NCBI GenBank assembly: GCA_030704615.1
Contig: CM060733.1
Coordinates: 45,384,001-45,448,000 of the forward strand
Direction: 5' to 3'
Origin: Takakia lepidozioides
Lineage: Eukaryota; Plantae; Bryophyta
Length of the DNA stretch: 64,000 nt
This document shows, piece after piece, positions 54,036 through 64,000 of this stretch. The position numbers and the translations under genes were made by a program. The notes beneath the pieces were generated by a model. It saw nothing but the letters and a program-made list of their open reading frames with translations, made no database searches and was not told where the DNA came from. Each line of letters opens with the position of its first letter. Position 1 is the first letter of the stretch.

Positions 54036-57000
54036 CTGACAGTATAAGTTCCTCAAAAGCCTGTTGACATTCAGCTGTCCATGCAAACACTGCATCTTTC
54101 TTCAGAAGCTTGCTCAATGGTGCTGCTATTTGTGCATACCTTTTGACAAATTTTCTGTAATAACTGGTTTGCCCAAGGAATCTCCTTAGACTCTTAACAT
54201 TCACTGGTGGTGGTGAGGCTTTAATGGCCTCTGTCTTCCTGGGATCCACAAGAAGTCCCCTCTTACACACAATGTGTCCCAGAAGCACCCCTGAGTTCAC
54301 ACAAAAAGTACACTTCTCTGGATTCAGGCCCAGACCTCTCATCCTGCATCTGGCCAGACATAACTCTAATTTATGCAAGTGCTCATTCTTAGAGCTGTAC
54401 ACACTGAAATCATCCAAGAACATCTGCATGAAATCATCCAGATACTCATGAAAAGATTCACTTATCACTCTCTGAAAGGTCGCTGGTGCATTACAAAGTC
54501 CAAAGGGCATGACTTTGTATGCATAAGCACCCCAGTCTGTGATGAAAGCTGTTTTTCCTTGGTCTTCTTCTGCCACTTGCACTTGATTATAACCACTGAA
54601 GCCATCCATGAATGAGTACATCTCATGGCCTGCCACAGTGTCTAATACTGCTTCTGTGAATGGCAAAGGGAAAGGATCTTTCTTCGTACAAGCATTCAGC
54701 TTCTTGTAGTTCACACAAACTCTTAGTTTACCATTCTTCTTGGGAACTATCACAATGGGTGACAACCAAGTTGTATACTCTATTGGGTATATAAACTTAG
54801 CCTCAGCCAACTTCTTGATCTCTTCTCCAACCTTCTGTGCATAGTTGGGATTCATTCTGTACCTTGCCTGCTTGATTGGTACTGACCCCGGTTCCAGTTC
54901 AATCTTATGCTGACAAATTTCAGGTGGTATCCCTTTTAAATCCTCATAGTTCCAAGCAAATACATCTCTGTATTTGATGAACAAACTCTTAGCTTCTTCA
55001 AAGAATTCTGGCTCCAAATCAGCTCCTACCTTCACCATCCTCGGTTCCTCTTCAGTTCCCACATTCACTTCCCTCACTTGCTCATCAGCTGTGATTGTCG
55101 AACCAGTCACCACTTCATCCTGTAAACTCACAGTAGCTGGTTCCTCTAGGATTTCCATTTCTCCTTCTTTTTCTTCATAGAAATGTGATGGGTAACTGCT
55201 GGTTTCCTCTTCAGTTGGTGTTGCTAACACTACACCACAGCAGATACCTCTTAAACAACTTAGGCCTTCCAGCCGCATCTCTGCAACCTGCTCCCACTCT
55301 GGGTGTGCAGCAAATAGGGTAGCTTCCTGCTCCTCATCCAGTCCTCCTCTCCAGTCATACTCTCTGACTCCTCGAGGTCTTCTCGTAACAGGTAATCTAC
55401 CAGATTTCGTTGTGGTAATTTGTATCTCGTGTATCCCATTATGCACGGTTAGTAACTGAGAATTCCAGTCATGGAATACCCTGGCCTGTTTCAGCCACGG
55501 ACGTCCCAATAACAAGGAGTAAGCCTCCATGACTTCATCCATCTTCAACACAGTTACTGTGATCATAAAGATCATCTTTTGTATCTGTATCTTAACTCCT
55601 CTTATTAATCCCAATGGCTGTACACTTCTTTGATCTGCCATTGTTACTGTAAATGGGGCTGGTTTCATGTTACTTAGACCAAGCTTCTTTCTTAATTGGT
55701 CTGTCATGATATTTACTCCAGAACCTCCATCTATCAGTACATCAGTTAGTTCTGTGCTTCCAATTCTCAATTGGATTACTGGCATAGAATCATCAAAGTC
55801 CATGACTGTTTCTCGCCCTTCCGGCTTCACATTATAACTGGTCACCTTATTGTTCAGGTCTACGTTTCCTGTCTCCTGGGCAATTTGATTGATTGCTTGA
55901 TACAGCCTGTGCCTACAATAAGGTGCCACAGTCAATAGCTGTCCAATGGTAATCTCTGCTTTGGTCTGGCATATTACTTCAGCCAAAGTCTTTTCATTAC
56001 TTTGCATGTCTGCATCTTCTTTTTTCCTTTCATCCTCACTCACTTCTTCTTCTCCATCAGAATCAGAGGAATCTGCCACAGAATATCAGTACTCTTCTGC
56101 ATTTCCCTTATGGTATCTGCCACTTCCTTGTGTAGTTCCTTCTCATCTCTCCAAGCCTCCTCATCTTCAGGCATATCATTGTCACCTTCATTATCATCCT
56201 CTTCCTCTACTACTGGAGGTATTAGTTTGGCTTTACTTCTTGTTACTATCATCGTACTTACTTCTGGTACAACACATGGCCTAACCATGTGTGCTGCCAC
56301 CACTGGGCCCTCATTCACAGGAGCTCTCATCTCATTCTGGTGTCTAATCCAGAATGAACAGGCTGCCTTGCGATGTCCTGGCTGATTACAATAGTAACAT
56401 AGTTCTTCACCATTGGGTCCTCGCCCTTGGTCTGCTCTTGGATTATTTTTGTAATCCTGATTCTCGGGCTGGTAATTCCCCCTTGGATTACCCTGATAGT
56501 TGCCTCTGGAATTTCCTTGGTAATTCCCTCTTGAATTACCTCTCCCTTCCATGCCATTGTTATAACCACCAGACCTACCATAGTGGTCCTGATCATTGTT
56601 TCTTCTTGGTTGGGGCTGCATCTGATGCACCCTTACTTGCCTAGGTTCTCTTGCAACTGTCCTTCTGTTGTAGTAACAATTCTCAATAGAATGGTTATCT
56701 ATTTTACAGATAGTACAATGTTTCTCCTTCATGTGGCATTCTGTGGTGGTATGGCCTTCATTCTGGCACTTTGCACACCAAACACCCTTCCTCCAATGTG
56801 GTGCAGCCTCTGTGACATACTTCTTCAAGATTTCTTCTAATCTTTTCTCATAGTTATCCCTCTTCAACTTCTCCTTTCTCTTACTCTTCCTTTTCAGTTC
56901 TTGCTCTTCTTCTTCATCTGACTCATCCTCAGAGTTTTCATCATCATTTTTCTCTCTCCTGAGCATTCCCAATTGCTCAATTCTGTTTGCAGTTTCAAAT

Positions 57001-59888
57001 GCCTCCTCCACTGTATTATGGGGTAACATATCCACTTTCTTTTGCAACTCTGGTCTTAGTCCACTCACAAACCAAGTCTTCTGTAAACCTGGTGCTGGTA
57101 CTGCAGCCAGCTTTTTCATCATCAATTCCATCTTTTCCATATACTCCTCAACAGTTTCATGCTTCTTTTGCTTTAACTGTTGTAAACTTCCATACACTTC
57201 ATCCTCAGTTTTACTTGTCCTGAACTTATTTCGGAATGCTGTATTCAAGCCATTCCAGGTTAGGAAATGATTATCAGTGAATCTTGCATACTATTCACTT
57301 GCTTTCTTGATAAGTGAACAAGGAAACAATCTCATCTTGGCATCATCGCCATTCTCATTGTTCACTATACACATGTGCTCAAATTGGCTAATGTGTACAT
57401 CGGGATCCCCTTTTCCTGAATATATTGGAAAATGTGGTTTTGCCCGTGTTGGTTGTAACGCCATCTGTGGCCCTACCTTCTGCCCACTCACAGGTGCTGG
57501 CACCCTTACTGGTGCTGGTCCTTCTGGACCTGTTGTTGTTGTGGTGGATCTTCCACCAAGTGGTGGCCCTTGAGCACTCCCTACTTCTGGCCCCACGATA
57601 TTCACAGTATTCCCAGCTTCAGTTGCACTACTTCCCACACTCCCTGTCCCCCCAGAGCCAGATCTAGGCTGCCCGCCTGATCCCCCTGAGCCGACACCTT
57701 CGTTGGCCTGTGATCCAAGTGCTCCACTTGATCCAGGTCCAACAGGTTGGGATGTCCTGGTTGTAGTCTCAACCTCAACTGTTGGGTCTACTTCTTCATA
57801 TTCTTCCTCTTCCAATTTCTCCTCTCTGTTTTCATCCTCCAAGTTCTGCCCTTGGGTTTCTTCTTCACTCATATAACTCAACTGCAATGGTGTTGGAGAG
57901 TCTGAACTCTCCGTTGGCTCTGCCACATCCTCTCCTCCTTCTTCACCTTCCGCTTCAGAAACTGGAGTTCCTGCTTTTGGTGTTCCATGCCAACTCTTAT
58001 CAAAGATTTTTGTCAAATCTTTTATCCAGGGATATACCTCAGATCTTTCACCTCGTGATTGATCTTCTTCCCGTACCCATTCCCTTAATCTTTCTTGCAA
58101 AGAAACAGAAGGAGTGGCATCCAACTCTAGTTCTTTCGGTATGGGTGATGTATTCTCTGATCTTAATGGTGTGAGAGGTCCAGATGATTCCCCTATGTCT
58201 ATTCCTCTCTCCCAAAGATATGGATAATTAGCTTTCAGATAGCTTTCTCTTTTTGCTGAATATCTCTGGTGTCTTGCTTCTCTTTCATCACTCATGTCCC
58301 ATGTCTTTCATTTCTTTTTAATGTGGCAATAACCAAAACTCTCTTTTGTAATATCTCTCGTATATGCCTGGGTTTCTTTCAAGCTTCAATGCACCCTTGG
58401 CTATACTTGAAGTCTCCGTTACCATATAACCATATGGCAAACAAGTCTGGAAAGCTGTTCTTGGTGTGAGTTTGATCCACAGAATATCCTTTGGAATCCA
58501 ATTCTTTACCAGTACAAGCTCTTCATGCATATGAGTATAAACATTCACCTTCATTTCCTCCCAGCCTTCAAACTCTACTCGCTTAATGGATAACAATGCT
58601 ATCACATAAACCAGTGTGGGTAACCAACGTGCTCTTCCTCTACAGGCCACCTGATAAATCTTTATCACTCCTTTCTCCAGACCCCACTCCGGGTCAGCAT
58701 CATGCACTCTCTTAAGAATGTTTTCTTTACAACCATCTGGCAATTCCAAGAACCTTTGAAAGAATCGTTTGGATAATCTTTCCTTCTCAGTTTCACAAAG
58801 AATTTGATTCCATCAAATTCTTTAATTCTCCAACCACCATGATCCCACCAGATGCCTGTCACATCTGGTTGTTCATGACCCAGTTCCCCAGTATGGTCGC
58901 CAAATGTCGCGCGGTTTTTACTCACCCATCCCTTCGTTATCCGAGGCGGAAACTCCAAGATAGAAGAGTTGGAAATCTCTAAGTACTCAGCCCGCTCAGA
59001 ACAATCAGTCATGACCTACAGCTAGTGTATCATGGGGGTGTTTCCTATTTGTTTTCCTTCCCGCATTCATGTTAGCTAGTTACCTTACTGTTGGTAATTA
59101 AGTATCAGTTTGTTTCATCAATCTTTCGGATTCCATCAACTCATCCATTCATTCCACAGCTTCACTCAGATCTCTCTACACAGTGTGAGTATGAAGTGTG
59201 TATCAAATTAATATCTATCAAGTATCAGGCTGAAGCCATGGAGTCTCTAATCTGCTCTATATTACAATTATACTGCCTGCATTCATTAAGCATCAACAGA
59301 TCCTCCTCCTACTCCGTGCTCTCCCTCTTTCTCCTCAGTGATACGCTCTCTCCTCCTTTCCTCCCGGTGATGTCCGAAGTTCCTCCCCCCCCCCAGTGTT
59401 CCAAGAATCGATCATTTTCCAATCCTTGCTCCTCGCTTTATCTTCTTACCCGTTGTTCTAACCGTTTCCCTCACTAACCGTCGTCCGTGAACTAACATGT
59501 TCCATTCGCAGGTGTTGTTCCCCACAGTCGTTCCCTGTCTTGCTATCCGTTCCCTATGGTCGTGACAGCTGTGTCAAACTGTGACTGGCTGTGTGAAACT
59601 GTGACGGGCTGTGACTGGCTGTGTTGGGCTGTGTCGGGCTGTGTCGGCTGTGACGACTGTGTCGGACTGTGACGACTGTGTCGGACTGTGACGACTGTGT
59701 TGGCTGTGTTGGACTATGACGGGTTGTGTTGGCTGTGACGGCTGTGTTGGCTGTGACGGACTGTGTAACCCCCTTCTAAAGTGCGTTGCTGTCACCCCTA
59801 AGACTCCTGTTGGTCTCAGTCTGTACAAAAATTAAGGGTACCCCACAGATCCCGTATAAGTGTCTAAGTCCCAGACAGTCCTCTAACA
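54036..59888 (-). mobile_element. Gypsy copy B, 5' piece (5' LTR, extra ORF, gag, PR, RT)
   Basis: LTR begins TGTTAGAGG at 59888 (-) and shares diagnostic bases with the 36691 LTR rather than with copy A. Gag starts at 58295. One stop (~57291) and one frameshift (~56080). Confidence 0.93.
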
Positions 59889-60844
59889 GAAGGCAAGAAG
59901 AAATACGAACCGAAAACACAACCATGATTCACTAGCTGCAGGTCATGACTGATTGTTCTGAGCGGGCTGAGTGCTTAGAGATATCCAACTCTTCTATCTT
60001 GGAGTTTCCACCTCGGATAGCATAGGGATGGGTGAGTAAAAGCCGCGCGACATTTGGCGACCATACTGGGGAACTGGGTCATGAACAACCAGATGTGAGA
60101 GGCATCTGGTGGGATCATGGTGGTTGGAGAATTAAAGAATTTGATGTGAATCAAATTCCTTGTGGAACTGAGAAAGAAAGATTGTCTAAACAATTCTTTC
60201 TCTACACAGTGTGATTCTCTCGAATAAGCATCAGATTAAGATTTATCATATGTCAGGCCCAAAGCCATGGTGTCCCTAGCCTGCTCTACAGTACATCACT
60301 ACAGCTTGCATAAATCCCACATCCTCTTGTCATATCTCCTCCTCTGTGTAATCATCATCCCTGTGCTCCAAGATCGTGCCATCTGTCTAACCTCCTCCCG
60401 TGATGTCTAAGAAGTGATCCCTCTTAAAAATCCCCGCTCTTGGCTTTATCTACCTACAAGTTGCTCTAACCGCCTGGCTCACTAACCGTCACCCCTGAAG
60501 TAACATATTCCCTCCGTAGATGTCGTTCCCTCATAGTCGTTCCCTGTCATGAGAACTGTTCCCCATGTACTGTGACAGCTATGTCAAGCTGTGCCGCCTG
60601 TGACAAGATGTGACGGGCTGTGTATAGCTGTGTTGGACTGTGACTGGCTGTGACGAGCTGTGTGAAGCTGTGACTGGCTGTGTCAGACTGTGACGGGCTG
60701 TGTCTGACTGTGTAACCCCCTTAAAGCCTGCGCCTGCCACCCCTAAGGCTCCTGTTGGTCTCAGTTCGTGTAAAAATTAAGGGTACCCCACAGAACCGTA
60801 AAAAAATGTCTAAGTCCCAAGCAGCCCCAAGCAGCCCTCGAACA
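59889..60844. mobile_element. Diverged third copy (C) of the same Gypsy family: LTR region (-) plus inverted extra-ORF fragment (+)
   Basis: 60844 down to ~60200 resembles the LTR on the minus strand; 59889-60200 resembles copy A 40215-40520 on the plus strand. Confidence 0.75.
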
Positions 60845-62750
60845 CCTATAATGGCAGGGTAAGGGCGTTACACGCTTTAGTCACCATTGGGGATTATCAG
60901 GTCATGGGACAGGTGGATACTGGAGCCATGATCTCTGTCATGGCAACAAGTACGGTCCATGATCTTGGACTGATGAAGTCAATGATTGTGGACAAGGAGA
61001 TGTCTTATAGAGTTGTTTCAGGAGCAATGGAGATTGCCATGGGCAGGTTGGATGACATAAGCATCACAGTGGGTAAACTAACAAATAAGGTCTCATTCAT
61101 GGTGGTCAACACAGATACTTACAACATGTTATTGGGCCTGGACTTCCTAAAGAAGTTTGGTGCAGCAGTGGACACTGAAATAGACACTCTAAGGGTCAGG
61201 TATGGGCCTGGTGATGACGTAGAGTTCTTCCCACTACATACAGTGAATCAGGTGGATGCAGGGCTGACCAGATTTCAGGAATTCAGCATCTAAGGGTAGA
61301 GCCACAGGAGAATGAAGCTGCTGACATCAATTCCATATTATTGACCAACCATGAAGCAATGACTACTATGGTTCCAATAGATGAGGAAGGGTAGAGCAGC
61401 TCACAAGATGAAGACAAAGAAAGCACGTCAGATGACAGTCAGCAACAGGAAGCATCAGATGATATCACTGGCATAGAGGAAATTGAAGAGTTCCTGGACA
61501 AGCTAACATCTGCAGAAGAAGAGTTGGCTGATGATGGCTCTATTGAACGGATAGAGAAGGAAGCATATGATGCTATGGCACAGATGCTTATCAGAGGAGC
61601 TTATGCCAAGGCTTATGAAGCAGAAATGTTGGATGAGGCTGACTCTGACGATGACTACATGGACTGGCAGAAAACGATTGGACACCAAGAGCAAGAAGCA
61701 CAAAGGATATTTCTGGCCGCAAAGTATCCAGAAGAAAGCATAACGTGTATGGCTGCCACTACAAGCTATGAAGATGACCGTTGGGATCAGCTGAGGAGGA
61801 GGTTGCAAATTAACCCAAGATTAAGTCAAGAGCAAAAGGAGGAGCTGTTGAAGGTGCTAAAGGAGAATGAAGCAGCCTTTGCCTTGACAAAGGCAGATTT
61901 GGGAATATGTAACCAGGCTGAACACTCAATCAACACTCAAGGCTTTCCACCTTGTAGAAGCCAACCAAGCCGATTGTCAGAATGGGAAGAGGAAGAAGTG
62001 CAAAGGCAGATTGAGGTGTTGATCCAGCAAGGGAAAATAAGGGAGAGTTCCTCGGAATATTCATGCCCTGTCACCTTTGCTCCAAAAAAAGATGGCAGCA
62101 AACGATTTTGTGGAGACTTTAGACCATTGAATGCACAAACCAGACGAGACTCGTATCCAATGCCACTGGTGCAGGATGTACTACAGCAGCTTGGAAACTC
62201 GCAATGGTTTACGGCATTGGACTTACAAAGTGGGTTTTGGCAGATAAGGATGAAGGAGGATGATATCAAGAAGACAACAATCATAACAAAGAAGGGACTT
62301 TACGAATGGCTTGTCATGCCTTTTGGTTTAAAGAACGTGACCATAAGCCACTAGAGTGGCTGGCCACTGTAAGTGATGCTTACGGAAGGAGGGGCAGGTG
62401 GATCATGATGCTACAAGACTTTGACTTCAAGATCCAACACAGGCCAGGTATGAAGCACAGCAATGTAGATGCCCTCAGTAGATTTCCAGTGGAAAGGAAG
62501 GAAGAGAGAGTTGACCCAAATATTTTCTTCAACAATCAGCATGCAACAATCAAACAGAGAGTGATGGGAAGAGAATCTTATCTTGAATTGGAGATTACAT
62601 TCACTGCAGGGATAGCTCGGGCAATGTTGATGAGAGTAGAGGGCACTGACAGCACTATAATAGCCATACATGAGAGAAGGGTTATTGACAACAAGATAAG
62701 AGAGGCAGAGGTGCATTACTATCTACTGGTTTGGGCTCTTTGGCAATAAA
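60845..62750 (+). mobile_element. Fragment of another Gypsy family (PR, RT N-half, RH C-end; internal deletion)
   Basis: VDTGA...LLGLDFL; RFCGDFRPLN..YPMP, LDLQSGFWQI, MPFGLKN, then a direct jump to DHKPLEWL..RW...HRPG..HSNVDALSR. Confidence 0.85.
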
Positions 62751-62968
62751 AAAAAAAACTAACTGGTGTACTTTTCAGAGTCAGGACTGACTTGAGGCCC
62801 TTGGTATGGAGAGACATGGGAAGAATCAAGGGAACTGACCTTATGATAGGTTTTGATTTTGAGCTAATCAACACGAGTGATCAAAAGACCAAGAAAGAGA
62901 AAGAGCATGTAGTAGCACAAAGCAGCTACATTGATGAACAGCGAGAAAGCAAAAAATAAATAAATAAA

Positions 62969-63907
62969 ATGAGGTTTGAGCTACTGTTGGGGGTCAATAC
63001 TATACAGCATGAGAGAGATATGTTTGAGTTCATTACTGAAGAAAAGAGAGACAGAGAAAGGATGAGTGATGAAAGGCAAAACAGAAAAGGGACAACAGAG
63101 GACTTAGCTTTTGAGTTGAGTGGCGAAGAGGAGATTTGTATGAAGAACCAGCGAATGAAAATGAGTACAAAGCAAGTTTGTCCTACACTACTCCAACAAA
63201 GGGATCAGCCAGTAGAAAGTGCAGCAAAAACAGGGAAGAAACAGCCTAAGGGTGAAGCAACAAACGAAGGAGAAATTGATACCACCACTGGATCTGAGGA
63301 GGAGTTAAAAGGCATGAGCAAAGGAAGGGAAGTAGAGGAAGAACACTTATTTTTTGTCAGGCTGACTAAAAGCAGCGGTAAAGGGCAAGATCTGCAAACA
63401 AAAGAGACACCATTGGGTGAGAAGGTGAATGAGGATAAGGAGTGGCCACTGGAGAAACGAAGGTGGTTAAAAGGAGGAGGCAGCCATGAAGCTAGCCGTA
63501 TCGAGGATGAACAAAACAGCAGAAGGGAGCAGGATCAAAGAAAGACGCCAGAAGACCTAGCTGTTTTCAGGTGTGGCAACGACAATGAGAAGAGCTGCGG
63601 GTGGCAGGCTGTAAGAATTCATCAAGAAGGAGGGCTGACTCAGTCTGTGACTAGGCCAAGGACGGGAGGACAGCACGCCAATGATGACAAGCAACAGGTG
63701 AGATCTGCACTTGTGACAGAAGGGGACCAGGATGCACCACTAAGAGTGTTGGGAACACTGGAAGCATCTTGGTGGAATAACGAGCAAGACAAGGTAGTGA
63801 AGCAAGGGCGTGACATAAAGCTTTCAGGTAAAGGCACAACGAGAAGAAATGGGACAGGGCCACCAGGATACAGCCTGCACAAGCAAAGAACGCGTGTCAA
63901 ACAATAG
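62969..63907 (+). CDS. Charged, low-complexity 312-aa ORF of unknown function, probably retroelement-derived
   Basis: Open frame rich in E/K/G with no recognised motif. Confidence 0.25.
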   Translation: MRFELLLGVNTIQHERDMFEFITEEKRDRERMSDERQNRKGTTEDLAFELSGEEEICMKNQRMKMSTKQVCPTLLQQRDQPVESAAKTGKKQPKGEATNEGEIDTTTGSEEELKGMSKGREVEEEHLFFVRLTKSSGKGQDLQTKETPLGEKVNEDKEWPLEKRRWLKGGGSHEASRIEDEQNSRREQDQRKTPEDLAVFRCGNDNEKSCGWQAVRIHQEGGLTQSVTRPRTGGQHANDDKQQVRSALVTEGDQDAPLRVLGTLEASWWNNEQDKVVKQGRDIKLSGKGTTRRNGTGPPGYSLHKQRTRVKQ

Positions 63908-64000
63908 CAAGGAGTGTGGAAACAGAAGGAGATCAGCTTCTGATTGAGATGACAACAAACAATGACACTGGGGGTGGTGAGAAAGAGAGAAAGAAGTTGG

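Overview
Eukaryotic nuclear DNA with spliceosomal introns, very TE-rich, most likely from a non-seed land plant (bryophyte- or lycophyte-like; this is inferred from the plant-type UGE exon layout, a half-tRNA-primed Copia and the Gypsy/MULE types). The only host gene is a 9-exon UDP-glucose 4-epimerase, and it is pseudogenised. The rest is nested, mostly decayed transposons: PIF/Harbinger, a CACTA end, an L1 LINE, a full-length Copia, a TIR MITE with a 6-bp TSD, an intron-containing IS3EU-like DDE integrase, and several Gypsy families. Main result: two apparent inversions (about 24.9-49.28 kb and 52316-54035) hide a ~10-kb Mutator-like element with a 9-bp TSD (TTAACAAAG) and ~38-bp imperfect TIRs. 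It encodes a GCM/WRKY-like zinc finger-MULE DDE-SWIM transposase and, divergently, a multi-exon ParB/Srx + beta-class N6A/N4C DNA-methyltransferase-like gene. Separately, a Gypsy fragment carries a C5 cytosine methyltransferase domain upstream of RT, and another Gypsy fragment ends its integrase in a PHD finger. All assignments come from reading motifs by eye; no searches were run.
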